This document shows, piece by piece, positions 22,801 through 31,550 of a stretch of 64,000 nucleotides of DNA. How positions within the stretch are numbered: position 1 is the stretch's first letter; every line of letters begins with the position of its first letter. The stretch lies in contig OY970150.1 in NCBI GenBank assembly GCA_963706365.1, positions 1,005,864 through 1,069,863 of the forward strand, written 5' to 3'. The DNA is from an uncultured Alphaproteobacteria bacterium. Lineage in GTDB: Bacteria; Pseudomonadota; Alphaproteobacteria; JAJTHO01; G963706365. Made by a program: the position numbers and the translations under genes. The notes under the pieces were generated by a model, which saw nothing but the letters and a program-made list of their open reading frames with translations, was not told the origin of the DNA and searched no databases.

Positions 22801-23647
22801 TGGTGATGCCAATGGTCAATCATTCTATGGGAATGCCGGTAACGATACATTCCGGGGCTTAGGAGGAAATGACTTCTTCTATGGCGGTAATGATACAGAT
22901 ACCGTTAGCTATATAGACGCAGGCAGCGGTGTTACAGCTAATTTAACAACCAATACTGCCAGCGATGGTGATGGCGGAACCGATACATTTAACAGCATAG
23001 AATCATTAACGGGTTCTAACTATGATGATTTGTTAACGGGCAATGTGGGGGGCAACACGTTGTCTGGCGGAACCGGTAATGATACCCTTGTAGGCACCGC
23101 CGGGAATGATACCCTGAATGGTGGAACAGGCACCGATGATACAATAGATTATACTGCCCAAACCAGTGCGGTTAATATAGATCTAGCCACCAACAACGCC
23201 AGTGGTGCAGGCATTGATACCGATACCTTCTTGAATATTGATCGTATTAATACAGGTTCTGGCAACGATAGTTTAACAGGTGACGCGGCAACATTATTCG
23301 CCAGCACCCTAAAATTAAACTTTGCCACAGGAAACGACACTGTTACAGCCACCAGTGGTACTGTTGGTACAGATGCGGGGGTTCTTGATACGTTATACGA
23401 CAACGTGGAAACCCTAAACTTTCTTGGCGCCAATACCAACAGCGGCAACTTTGTTATTGATGGCGACGAAGTTGTTGGCCTAACAGATTCTAACAATGCC
23501 TTGCGGTTAGATGTAAACAGCTTATTCGGTTTAACCGTTAATGGCGGTAGTTATACCGTTTCATCGTCTACGACAGGCAACCATACTGTTTATGAATTTA
23601 ATACCGGTGTAACACAAGTGGCACAGTTGGACGTCTATGTTACCTAG
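16853..23647 (+). CDS. Giant RTX-repeat (hemolysin-type Ca-binding nonapeptide) secreted protein/adhesin, T1SS substrate
   Basis: About 2265 aa. No signal peptide. Dozens of GGxGNDTLxG-type nonapeptide repeats throughout, and an acidic C-terminus ending ...AQLDVYVT. The ATG at 16853 is preferred over the TTG at 16844 used by the ORF track. Immediately followed by T1SS export genes. Confidence 0.85.
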   Translation: MQKISSPAAGQQKQVYAEPGQTIELDIDISQAQVDILGSDMILTLPNGGQIILSGMAVSLFEQDAPNLIVEGQTIDPNILLGRVGLVQNVSGKDVAILTSMQTPATEKAAQEVLQQKLQNIEVKLQEAEQAAEIAQKEADFNEQFKFMEPPKEIVGENMVSASKGTNAPSNKTLGNFELGAKKVFQKFTSNAESEESIQQAAPPVDFKPPAVQSELIVEQSDGGTIAFDTKVQALQISASQSLADNGTLTFLGGSGSEAATIDGSALTQIQAEFIDTSRHNRDVVIVADNNTFIDQNLLSRVIEYDPTVPDGFDLTSLVIKGIPNNYNLVGYTADSSGNYRFDVNTLSGDVEKFIIQYDPTAFGSADANGNVQTFNITFDSIAQSNGSVVEAAYPSLTDSIVVPVAVKDVTENNYTYNVNGVTGWVFDTNPNGNIILTGDGNADVTGGFTNDRITTGSGNDIINAGKGDDFVRTNKGDDIINVGTGNNIVDAGDGIDTLTYSDSNSNVNVDLMSPANSAGYIELTVGSNQTDQVREVENITTGGGNDTVAGNNSNNTLKTGAGNDTLTGYLGNDTLDGGAGSDTVSYAYRETYSSSGVTVNLNNSTVNLASNDVDTISNIENIIGTRYNDTLTGNSQNNTFTAGAGNDTIDLGTGNDSVDGGDGIDHLKFTQQTSGVTLNLQQGSGQSATGDTLTVRNIEEVTGSSFNDTLTGDNLNNTFYSSAGNDAYNGSGGTDTLSYQTGTAAIQADFSAGTVTKNNGNDTFSNIETVKATNLNDTLIGGGSVTNIDGAGGIDTLSYQTQTDAVTINLKDGTTTGAVTQSFSNIENATGGSGNDTLLGNSGNNILAGGAGIDTVSYANATNAVNASLLSNSSTGYGNDTFSSMEILIGSNFSDQLEGNAGNDEVIGGGGNDTIFSTTGNDIIDGGTGYNTISYVNSTDTITSIDYTTVASTGYVTINFVSGKYDLVRNVELYKGSAGNDEVVGGGGSGAGLGTNPGSGGGSGGGSGGGVVTIDGGDGTDKIIFAAETAVVVVDLQNGTATGSFGTYNFTSFESVVGGVNNDTLIGSTADNIIEANDGDDTVIGTTGNDTLDGGNGNDIVDYSNLTSGITASSTSVTGSGFTDTLSNFETVITTDYDDVINDDSASTVYETGDGNDTINANSGTDSFDGGTGTNKLSYTSHSNSSAGINADMSVRDGNSFFNITIGGETDKAKNIQILEGSTGNDILTGDNNANTLLGAGGDDILNGGGGNDTLDGGDGNDTVSFSGASSGVNLNMNIVDANGFANATVGSETDKLKSIEIINGSSFDDIITGGSSNDTISGGSGNDILDGGAGLDTINGGGGYDTATYVSLSQGVSVAGSVVTDNDGNVETLININAIRGTNAGDTFIGTSGNDIYGGLGGNDTFTATNGNDSYDGGADTDTVTYVNSSENLNISLRTGSATGTLLGTHTLTSIENVTGGSGNDTIEGGVGANILNGGAGSNTLSYANAIAGVSIDLTANTAIDDGGATDTISNFTSLNASGFNDTLKGSTGSDTLNAGAGNDTIISSTGNDTIDGEAGNDSLSYAATSTAINVNLSSVNGSGFATITQNTKTDLVKNIQTFTGSTAGDTFIGSSTADIFYGGSGADTFSGRGGNDIFEGGNDTDTADYAYSANAITVDLTNLVGGYGQVSFASSSEVDSLNSIENIIGTAGNDTFTGGAGANNINGGGGNDTFYGDAGNDSLDGNTGSDTVDFSANSTAVNVTLNSQSATAQTITSGYGTDSIRYIENITTGGGNDTIDTRNDAGNNTIVTNGGNDTIYAGAGSDSLDAGSGTNTLRFDGMASAVVLDLSTLNGSGFATATSGANSSLVKGFGTVYGSSNGDNITGTSGNDILYGQDGSDTLTGGAGDDLIIDRNTTYATNNTNIINAGDGNDTVEAYVNGSTIDGGNQTDILTYNAGSGTSSNLTVNLTAETVTNGVYTDNISNFEEIRTSNGNDSFIGDANGQSFYGNAGNDTFRGLGGNDFFYGGNDTDTVSYIDAGSGVTANLTTNTASDGDGGTDTFNSIESLTGSNYDDLLTGNVGGNTLSGGTGNDTLVGTAGNDTLNGGTGTDDTIDYTAQTSAVNIDLATNNASGAGIDTDTFLNIDRINTGSGNDSLTGDAATLFASTLKLNFATGNDTVTATSGTVGTDAGVLDTLYDNVETLNFLGANTNSGNFVIDGDEVVGLTDSNNALRLDVNSLFGLTVNGGSYTVSSSTTGNHTVYEFNTGVTQVAQLDVYVT

Positions 23648-23719
23648 GCATATCCTGATAGCGACAGGTTTATAAAAATTTAATCTTATCGCACCATACT
23701 GCACCTTAGAGAGCGTAAA

Positions 23720-25096
23720 ATGGTGCAAAACAACTATAATAACAAGCAACGCACGTTACAAACTGGTCAAATTGGCTGGTATGTGCCGCATAAAATGTGG
23801 GTCACACTGGTGGCCTTTTTCAGTTTATCTTTTGTTATGCGTGAGGATCTGATTGAAAGATTTCAATCGCATGTCAGTTTGAACGGCCTTATTTTAACCA
23901 CCATGATGGTTGTTGTGGTTATGGCTTTTAACAACATCTTCCATGTGCAACGCGCCGCCAACCTTTTAAAACGTATAGAAAACTTTGAAGATAATCCTGC
24001 TGCACAGGTGCAGGGGAAACTGGTTAAGGAATTACGTGGTAGTTATATTGATAACTATTATTTCCAGCAGCGCTTATCCAATTATGAAATTGGTAAAGAT
24101 GAATTTGTAAAGTTTGATGACAAGCAGGCAATGCTAATTAAATCGAAAGTTGGTTTTCGGTCTAATAACATGCGTAACACGGTGCAATACCTAGCAGGTG
24201 TTTTGGTTATGCTGGGCTTGATTGGTACGTTCTGGGGTTTGCTTGAAACCATTACAGCCGTTGGTCAAGCTATGGGAAGCTTAACGGGTGATTTGAATGA
24301 AGAAGGCAGCATGGAATCTTTCCTTGCAGCCATTAGTAAACCTTTGCAAGGTATGGGGGTTGCCTTTAGTGCCTCACTATTCGGGCTGTCCGGCTCTTTA
24401 TTAGGTGGTCTGCTAAACAGTTTTTGCGGTAAGGGAATGAACGACTTTATCGAACATTTTGGTATCTGGATAGATACCCGCATTCCGCAAGTACAACAAA
24501 AACCAAAAGCAGAATTAAACCCGGCAGAATTAATTGAACAACACAATAAAACCGTGGTGGCCGCCCTGGAAGATGTTCTAACCGGCCTACGCAAACAGTC
24601 ACAAACCATGTTTGTACAGTTAACAGAAGTTATGACGGAATTTTCCAGATTTTCGCAGCAGCAACAAACCGCCCTATCGGTGATTAGTAATGAAAGCAAA
24701 GTAAATGTGCGCTTGGCTGATAGCATGGAACAAGCCGTATTTGGCCTGAAACAAGAAGCACAATTAATACGAGAAAGAGTCGTTTCGCTGCCAGAAATTC
24801 ACCAATCTTTAGGCAATGATGTGCGCCATGTCGCCAATATTATTGCCGATTCGCAAGACAGTATTAGCCAGCATATTGTTAACAGCAGTGTAGATAGCAA
24901 TAAAACCCGCACCACCTTAAATAGCTTGCTGGAATCCTATGCCGCCATGGTTTCCTTAATGGAAAGACTCATTCAGCAAGACAAACTGGAAAAGCAAGCA
25001 CCAGAAACCACCAGCCAGATTATTATGGAAATGCAACAGGTGTTAAAACAACAGCTGGATGCGGCCAATCAACCGATTTCTTTAAAGGTGGGTTAA
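23720..25096 (+). CDS. MotA/TolQ/ExbB-family proton-channel protein with a ~200-aa coiled-coil cytoplasmic tail (SiiB-like)
   Basis: 458 aa. Four predicted TM helices; TM3/TM4 carry the family signature (LAGVLVMLGLIGTFWGLLETI...GVAFSASLFGLSGSLLGGL). A long Q/E/K-rich C-terminal tail. The stop overlaps the next gene start (TAAAATG). Confidence 0.65.
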   Translation: MVQNNYNNKQRTLQTGQIGWYVPHKMWVTLVAFFSLSFVMREDLIERFQSHVSLNGLILTTMMVVVVMAFNNIFHVQRAANLLKRIENFEDNPAAQVQGKLVKELRGSYIDNYYFQQRLSNYEIGKDEFVKFDDKQAMLIKSKVGFRSNNMRNTVQYLAGVLVMLGLIGTFWGLLETITAVGQAMGSLTGDLNEEGSMESFLAAISKPLQGMGVAFSASLFGLSGSLLGGLLNSFCGKGMNDFIEHFGIWIDTRIPQVQQKPKAELNPAELIEQHNKTVVAALEDVLTGLRKQSQTMFVQLTEVMTEFSRFSQQQQTALSVISNESKVNVRLADSMEQAVFGLKQEAQLIRERVVSLPEIHQSLGNDVRHVANIIADSQDSISQHIVNSSVDSNKTRTTLNSLLESYAAMVSLMERLIQQDKLEKQAPETTSQIIMEMQQVLKQQLDAANQPISLKVG

Positions 25097-25097
25097 A

Positions 25098-25676
25098 ATG
25101 TCAGACGATCCCGAAAGCACGATCCCCTGGCCTGGTTTTGTGGATATTCTTTCCACCGTTATCATCGTGTTCGTTTTCTTTATGATGATGACGTCAACCA
25201 TCATTTTCTTGATGGCGCAAAAACAGCAAGAAAAAGCTGTTTCAGATGCTAAGCAAGAGGTTATTGAAGACATAAACAATGTTGATATCAAACAGGTATT
25301 ACTGGAAAATAGTCAGCTTAAAAAACAAGTTGAAGATATGGTTCGGGTAAAATCTATTTTAGGGGAGTCAGAATCACAAATTGTTTCAAAGCAAGAAAAC
25401 GGCGTTAAAATTACTTTTAATGATTTTGGCGTAACGTTATTGCCCGAAACAACAGAATCTATAAAATCTTATTTAAGCAATGTAAGAAAAGTACAGTTAC
25501 AAGCTTATGTGCCGCAAAATTATGCAGCCACCCGGGAAATCGCCCTGAACCGTGCTTTGAACGTGCGAAATTTACTAATTCAGGCAGGTTTAAAACCAGA
25601 AAATGTGGAACTGAAAATTTTGACAGACACCACCGGAAACGAGGGAGCATATGGCCATATTCTCCTTTCATATTAG
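25098..25676 (+). CDS. MotB/TolR-like single-pass membrane protein with C-terminal OmpA-like region (SiiA-like)
   Basis: 192 aa. N-terminal TM (PGFVDILSTVIIVFVFFMMMTSTIIF). The C-terminus (REIALNRALNVRNLLIQAGLKPENV) resembles the end of OmpA/MotB peptidoglycan-binding domains. Overlaps the TolC start by 26 nt. Confidence 0.5.
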   Translation: MSDDPESTIPWPGFVDILSTVIIVFVFFMMMTSTIIFLMAQKQQEKAVSDAKQEVIEDINNVDIKQVLLENSQLKKQVEDMVRVKSILGESESQIVSKQENGVKITFNDFGVTLLPETTESIKSYLSNVRKVQLQAYVPQNYAATREIALNRALNVRNLLIQAGLKPENVELKILTDTTGNEGAYGHILLSY

Positions 25677-27027
25677 AACCGCTTTCTTATCACTGGCTAT
25701 TGCTCAAAATGCCCAGGCGCTTTCCTTACACGAAGTGATAGAGCGTGCTATTATTAACAGCCCAGAGCGCAGCATTGCCGCCGCGCAAATTGCCCAGGCC
25801 GAAGCCACCGTAGCAGAAGAGAAATCAGGTTATAAGCCACAAGTTAATGCCAAAGCCGATATTGGCCGCGAATATAATGATCGTTTTGCCCTAAGGCAGG
25901 GTGCCGTTGAAGCCAGTGGTTACAACACTGGTAAAAGCGCCAGTTTAAACATTAGGCAAATGCTGTTTGATGGTTACACAACCAAACAAACCGTTGCCAG
26001 ACGTTTAGCACAGGTAAAAGCCTCAACTTTCAACCAGAATAAAATTACAGAAGAACTGATTAACAGCACGATTGAAATTTATATGCAGCTGTATCAGTTT
26101 CAGCGAACCGTTATTGCCGCAAAAGAAAATTTAGTAACCCTAAAAACCATTGCTGATATTGTTAATACCCGTTTTGAAGAAGGGGACACAACAGAAGCTG
26201 AAAAAAACTATATAAAATCACGCGTTGCCAATGCACAGCAAGAATTAATTAATGCTGAAGCAGCTTTGGCGGATTCTAAAAGCGCTCTGGTTTTTCTGAT
26301 TGGCGATGTAGAACCTTTCGATGCCGCATTGCCTATTCTAAGTAATTTGGCAACTTTTCTACGCAATACCGATAACGATATATTCGTTAAACAGGCCTTT
26401 AATAATAACAGCGAGCTAAAAGTAAATACAGCTGAGTTAAAAGCCGCAAGATATGACATGGATAGCTCAAAAGGCGCTTACTACCCTAATCTGGATTTTG
26501 TTGTAAATGGTAGCCGTGCTGACGACCAAGGTGGTGACACCGGCAAAGCTGAAAGCGCCAGTGCCAAACTGGAGTTAACCTATACGTTATTTGATGGTGG
26601 ATTACGCGCCGCAACCCTGGACAGAAAGCTAGCCAAAATTAAAGAGGTACGATCACGGCAAGTACAATTGCGCCGCGAAATCAAACAACAAGTAGAACAA
26701 ACCATGAACCAGCTGCAAAGCAGCAGCCAGGAAATTCTATCAGTTATGGAAGAAGGCGAAGCCAACAAACGGCTGGAAGAGGTTTATATCGAACAATTTC
26801 AGTATGGCGATGGTGATGTGGATATCATTAACTTAGTAGAGGCGAGAGAACGGATTTTTTCTGCCAAGGTAAAAAAGTTTCGATTGGCATCTGAAGTAGT
26901 GAATGCCCATTACACGGCCAATCGTTTGACAGGCTTGCTATTGCCAGAATTCTGCACTTTGTCTTGTGATAGTACTGCAAGACCCCTAACGCCTGTGGAT
27001 ACAGAGAAAAATAGCGATGGAACATAA
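25651..27027 (+). CDS. TolC-family outer-membrane efflux/secretion channel
   Basis: 458 aa with signal peptide (AFLSLAIAQNAQA) and a two-repeat OEP architecture rich in alpha-helical/coiled-coil segments. Overlaps the downstream ABC gene by 11 nt. Confidence 0.8.
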   Translation: MAIFSFHIRTAFLSLAIAQNAQALSLHEVIERAIINSPERSIAAAQIAQAEATVAEEKSGYKPQVNAKADIGREYNDRFALRQGAVEASGYNTGKSASLNIRQMLFDGYTTKQTVARRLAQVKASTFNQNKITEELINSTIEIYMQLYQFQRTVIAAKENLVTLKTIADIVNTRFEEGDTTEAEKNYIKSRVANAQQELINAEAALADSKSALVFLIGDVEPFDAALPILSNLATFLRNTDNDIFVKQAFNNNSELKVNTAELKAARYDMDSSKGAYYPNLDFVVNGSRADDQGGDTGKAESASAKLELTYTLFDGGLRAATLDRKLAKIKEVRSRQVQLRREIKQQVEQTMNQLQSSSQEILSVMEEGEANKRLEEVYIEQFQYGDGDVDIINLVEARERIFSAKVKKFRLASEVVNAHYTANRLTGLLLPEFCTLSCDSTARPLTPVDTEKNSDGT

Positions 27028-28663
27028 AGATGCTTTTTTCTTAAAGGAGGCGCTGCAGATTCCTAGAACATTGTTGCGCGATATTCTTATAACCAGCCTG
27101 TTTCTAAATTTGCTAGCTGTTGCCCTGCCGTTATTTACCCGCGTAGTTTACGACAAAGTTATTCCCAATTTTGCCATCGAAACCCTGTGGGTATTGTTTT
27201 CCGGCATGGCCATGGTCTTGGTATTTGACAGCCTATTTAAGGCTAGCCGTAATTATATCATTCAGCATATTTCCAGCAAAACCCTGCAAGAATTAGAACA
27301 GCCGTTTATGACGCACCTGTTAAAAATACCAGCGCAACATAATCTGGCCAAAACAAATTACCATTTAAACAGCTTGCAAGAAATTTGCCGCTATCGGTTT
27401 CAATTACTAATTCCGGCAACTGTTGATATTCCTTTTGTACTGGTCTTTTTGCTAATCATTTATCTTATCTGCCCACCCATGGCGTTGGTGCCTTTGGGGG
27501 TTGGCCTTTCATTAATTGCCCTGCAAATAGCGTTTCATCATAAATTAAACAAGGCACTGGTTCATAGCCAGGAAGCCACAGAAGAACGATTGCAAACGGT
27601 TGCTGATCTTCTGCAAGGTCGTCAAACCATTCGGCAACTAGCCCACTATACGCCTTTTATCAATGATTGGAAAACAGCCAGCAGCAGAGCCGCAATTAAC
27701 AACAGCAGAATGACTTTTCTATACCAAATGGTGATGAGCCTTTCACAAAGTTGCTTGCTGTTTAACACGGTGTTGTTAATGATGGTCGGTGTTTATCAGG
27801 TGCAGGCCTCAACATTAAGTATTGGTGGGTTGCTGGCCATCAGCTTGCTAAGTGCCCGTATTTTAACGCCACTAATGTCGATTGGTGAATTATTAGCCAA
27901 ACGTCCAAAAATTCTTATGGAATTAAAACACATCAATCAGGTGATGCAAATTCCTGACGAAGGCACTGGGGCAGCTATTGCCTTTGCACCAAAACTTACC
28001 CTAACAAATGCAACCGTTGATCCTATTTTAAAAAATTGTAACTTTAGTTTACAAGCAAAAGAAAAATTGGCAATTGTAGGCAGCAGTGGTGCAGGCAAAA
28101 CCACATTATTACAAATATTATCCAAAGAGCGCACCCTTTCTTCCGGCAGTGTTTTATGGGATGATCGCAAGGACATTGCACCCGCCCATTTACGCCAACA
28201 AATGGGTATTGTTGAACAACACCCTTATTTTTTTGGACGTAGTGTGCGCGATAATTTATGCCTTGAACATCAATATGCCGATGCGGAACTTTTTAAAACA
28301 CTCGATTTGGTTGGCTTAACCACTTTTATAAAAGCCACCGGGCATGGGCTGGATTTAATGCTGGATAACGGCGGGCATAACCTTTCTGGCGGCCAGCGGC
28401 AATGCCTGGCATTGGCACGTGCCCTATTAAGACAACCTGATATTTTGTTGATGGACGAACCCACCAGCATGATGGATCATCAAATGGAACTGCAACTGGT
28501 ACAAAATTTGCGTTTTGCTTTAAAAAATAAAACAGTTGTCCTTGTTACCCACCGCACGCCGCTGCTCTCCCTAGTAGATAAAATTCTGGTTTTGGAAAAC
28601 GGGCAAGTACAGCAATTTGGCGATAAAAACACCATCCTAAATCAGCAGGCCAAGCATGGATAA
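27017..28663 (+). CDS. Type I secretion ABC transporter (HlyB-like permease/ATPase, no C39 peptidase domain)
   Basis: 548 aa. N-terminal 6-TM domain plus NBD with Walker A GSSGAGKTT, signature LSGGQRQCLALARAL, and Walker B ILLMDEPTS. Confidence 0.85.
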   Translation: MEHKDAFFLKEALQIPRTLLRDILITSLFLNLLAVALPLFTRVVYDKVIPNFAIETLWVLFSGMAMVLVFDSLFKASRNYIIQHISSKTLQELEQPFMTHLLKIPAQHNLAKTNYHLNSLQEICRYRFQLLIPATVDIPFVLVFLLIIYLICPPMALVPLGVGLSLIALQIAFHHKLNKALVHSQEATEERLQTVADLLQGRQTIRQLAHYTPFINDWKTASSRAAINNSRMTFLYQMVMSLSQSCLLFNTVLLMMVGVYQVQASTLSIGGLLAISLLSARILTPLMSIGELLAKRPKILMELKHINQVMQIPDEGTGAAIAFAPKLTLTNATVDPILKNCNFSLQAKEKLAIVGSSGAGKTTLLQILSKERTLSSGSVLWDDRKDIAPAHLRQQMGIVEQHPYFFGRSVRDNLCLEHQYADAELFKTLDLVGLTTFIKATGHGLDLMLDNGGHNLSGGQRQCLALARALLRQPDILLMDEPTSMMDHQMELQLVQNLRFALKNKTVVLVTHRTPLLSLVDKILVLENGQVQQFGDKNTILNQQAKHG

Positions 28664-29877
28664 ATTCTGGTTAAAAGCTAATTACCTGGCAGGTTTTGTT
28701 GTCATTTTACTTATTGCATGGGCAGCATGGGCAGAAGTACATACCGCGGTGCACGGCACTGGCCGTACTGTTTCAGCCGGTGAGAACAAGCAAATTCAAC
28801 ACCTGGAAGGTGGTATTATTGCCGATATTCTAGTGCAAGAAGGCCAGAAAGTCAGCACTGGCCAACCACTGTTTCGTATTCGTAATGAAAATAATACAGC
28901 GACATTAGAAGAAAATAAATTAAAGCTTCAAAGTTTGGAAAACCGACGCATTCCGCCTGCTAGCCGAGGCAGAAAACAAAAAGCCAGAATTTCCGATAGA
29001 AGCCGCCACCGAGCAATTATTATACGATAGCCGCAAACAACAACAAGCCCAAGAACTTCGTATCTTAACCCAGCAAATTCAGCAAAAAAGAAGTATTCTA
29101 TCAGAACAAACCACTCGCATTCGTAATTTACAACAAGAACTTTCTACGGCCACCAGCCAGCTCAATATTGTTAAACGCCTAGTTGAAAAAGGTGCTGCTT
29201 CGCAAAATAGAATGTTAGATATGCAAGCGCGTGTTAATAGCCTCAATACAGACATAAGCGGCACAAGACGCCGCATTCCCACTACTCAAGCAGAATTAAG
29301 TGAGGCACAAGGGCGCTTAAATGCGGCGAAAGCAGAGCAAAAAAATGCTATTTTAGAGGAATTGCGCCAGACCAAACTGGAAATTACCCAACTGCAAGAA
29401 CGCTTGAAAGCCAACAATGACGTTGTCTTACGTACCGAATTATTGTCGCCCGTAGACGGTATTCTGCAACGCCTGCACGTTCACACGATTGGTGGCACCG
29501 TTCGCCCCGGCGAACTATTAGCAGAAATTACCCCTAGTAATGATAACCTGATAATTGAGGCTCGCATTGACCCGAAAGACCGTGCGCATGTGTGGTATGG
29601 CCAAAAAGCCAATATTACTGTCACTGCCTTTAACTATATGAAATATGGCACACTACAGGCCAAAGTGCTGGAAATTAGTGCGGATAGTATTGAAGATAAT
29701 TCCAATCAACCGCCCTATTACCGCGTCAAACTGATTCTTGATACCGCCGACAGTCAATACACTATACTTCCCGGCATGGTTACAGAGGTGCACTTACTTG
29801 CTGAAAAAAGGACAGTTCTGCAATATTTACTAGACCCTGTATTGCGAACAAAACGTAATGCGTTTCGCTCTTTGTAA
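28656..29877 (+). CDS. HlyD-family T1SS periplasmic adaptor, reading frame broken once (~28950)
   Basis: ORFs 28656..29030 and 29212..29877 are joined by a -1 frame segment (RIRLLAEAENKKPEFPIEAATEQLLYDSRKQQQAQELRILTQQIQ...) after attCCgcctgc. N-terminal TM plus coiled-coil and the C-terminal HlyD beta-domain are all present. Confidence 0.8.
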
Positions 29878-29970
29878 CCCCCTTAAACCAAGCTATAAAA
29901 CATAGAGCGGCCATTCTACTGAAGGCTAGAATCCATTTCTCAGGAACTTAAGCCTAGTACTGTCATAAAC

Positions 29971-31548
29971 CTACCCCTGCAACAACCGCCAAATAATACC
30001 ATCTTGCAGCGCACGATAAGAGGCATCAATCACGTTGGTAGAAACACCAACAGTTGACCAGTGCTTGTCTATCGTTTCATCTTCACATTCAATTAATACG
30101 CGGGTAACAGCCTGGGTTCCCTGATTGGCTGTTAGAATACGCACTTTGTAATCTACCAGGTTAATATTATTTAGCTGCGGGTAATGATCTAATAATACTT
30201 TTTTTAAGGCTTTATCCAGGGCATTTACCGGGCCATTGCCTTCGGCCACAGACATCCGATTGGTCCCCTCAACAGTGGCTTTAACAGTGGCTTCTGATAA
30301 GGTGATAATATCGCCTTTTGCATTCCAGCGACGCTCATCAATAACGCGAAAACTGTTTAGGTTAAAAAATTCTGGCAACTGGTCAAGATGCCGTCTTGCT
30401 AGTAACTCAAAGCTGGCGCCTGCGGTATCATAGGCATATCCTTCAAATTCTTGCTGTTTTACTAAATCAACCAGGCTGTTGATTATTTCGGTGCTGTATT
30501 GCTCTAGATTTATATCAACTTCTTTTAAGCGTGATAAAATGTTGGAACGCCCTGCTTGGTCAGAAACGACAATAACACGTTGGTTGCCCACCTGTTCAGG
30601 TTCAATATGTTCATAACAGCGCGGGTTTTTCTCAACGGCTGAAACATGCAGCCCGCCTTTGTGGGCAAAAGCAGAAGCCCCCACATAAGGTTGCTGACGG
30701 TTGGGTATACGATCCAGCCGCTCATCTAACAACCTTGATAAGGTGACCAATTTTTTTAATTGTAGGTCATCAATACCAACATCAAAGCCCATTTTCAATT
30801 TTAAGGCTGGAATAATAGAGATCAGATTCGCATTGCCACAGCGTTCACCAAGGCCATTGATGGTGCCATGCACCAAACGAACCCCCGCCTCCACAGCCGC
30901 TAAAGAATTGGCAACAGCATTTTCCGTATCATTATGACAATGAATACCTAATGTTTCTCCGTCAAATTTCGGGGTTATTTCGTTGATAATCGCCTTAATT
31001 TGCTGGGGCAACATACCGCCATTTGTATCGCATAATACCAGCCAACGCGCCCCGGCCTCTTTTGCAGCCTGCAAAACTTTTAGTGTGTATATGGCGTTTT
31101 CTTTATAACCGTCAAAGAAATGTTCGGCGTCAAAAATAACCTCTTTGCCTAAAGAGGTTGCCTGCTGAATGGAATCCGTTACCCGCTGTACATTTTCTTC
31201 CCGTGTAATACCTAAGGCTTCTGTCACCTGAAAATCCCAGGCTTTTCCTACAAGGCAGGCGGCGGGTGCCGTTGATTGCAGAACAGTCATCAATCCTTGA
31301 TCATCGCTGGCTTTTCCGCTGCGCCGCGTCATGCCAAAGGCGGCAAATTTACTATGACTTAAAGCCGGTAATTTTTTAAAAAAGGCGTTGTCGGTGGGGT
31401 TTGCCCCTGGCCAGCCCGCTTCGATATAATCAATACCAATTTCGTTCAGTGCATGGGCAATAGCAGCCTTGTCAGCCACGTTAAAATCAACGCCCTGGGT
31501 TTGGGCGCCGTCTCTTAATGTGGTATCATACAGATAAACACGCGACAA
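29971..31548 (-). CDS. Citramalate synthase / 2-isopropylmalate synthase family protein (CimA/LeuA-like)
   Basis: 525 aa. N-terminal DTTLRDGAQ TIM-barrel catalytic motif, HxH metal ligands (GIHCHND), and a C-terminal LeuA-type regulatory domain. Confidence 0.8.
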   Translation of the reverse strand: MSRVYLYDTTLRDGAQTQGVDFNVADKAAIAHALNEIGIDYIEAGWPGANPTDNAFFKKLPALSHSKFAAFGMTRRSGKASDDQGLMTVLQSTAPAACLVGKAWDFQVTEALGITREENVQRVTDSIQQATSLGKEVIFDAEHFFDGYKENAIYTLKVLQAAKEAGARWLVLCDTNGGMLPQQIKAIINEITPKFDGETLGIHCHNDTENAVANSLAAVEAGVRLVHGTINGLGERCGNANLISIIPALKLKMGFDVGIDDLQLKKLVTLSRLLDERLDRIPNRQQPYVGASAFAHKGGLHVSAVEKNPRCYEHIEPEQVGNQRVIVVSDQAGRSNILSRLKEVDINLEQYSTEIINSLVDLVKQQEFEGYAYDTAGASFELLARRHLDQLPEFFNLNSFRVIDERRWNAKGDIITLSEATVKATVEGTNRMSVAEGNGPVNALDKALKKVLLDHYPQLNNINLVDYKVRILTANQGTQAVTRVLIECEDETIDKHWSTVGVSTNVIDASYRALQDGIIWRLLQG

Positions 31549-31550
31549 AA

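Noticed and set aside
17000-23500. Numerous 60-150-aa minus-strand and alternative-frame ORFs within the RTX giant gene, and similar ones inside the Calx-beta gene (35852..39200)
   Set aside because: They are Pro/Ser/Thr-rich mirror translations of the GGxGxD or Calx-beta repeats. The long forward frames are uninterrupted and carry the real motifs.
23720-25676. MotA/MotB-like pair as a flagellar stator or Zorya (ZorAB) antiphage system
   Set aside because: No flagellar or chemotaxis genes and no ZorC/ZorD/ZorE-like genes are nearby. The pair is translationally coupled to tolC, the ABC exporter and hlyD, directly behind a giant RTX protein, which matches the SiiAB context. The MotA-like protein length (458 aa) fits SiiB rather than the ~700-aa ZorA.
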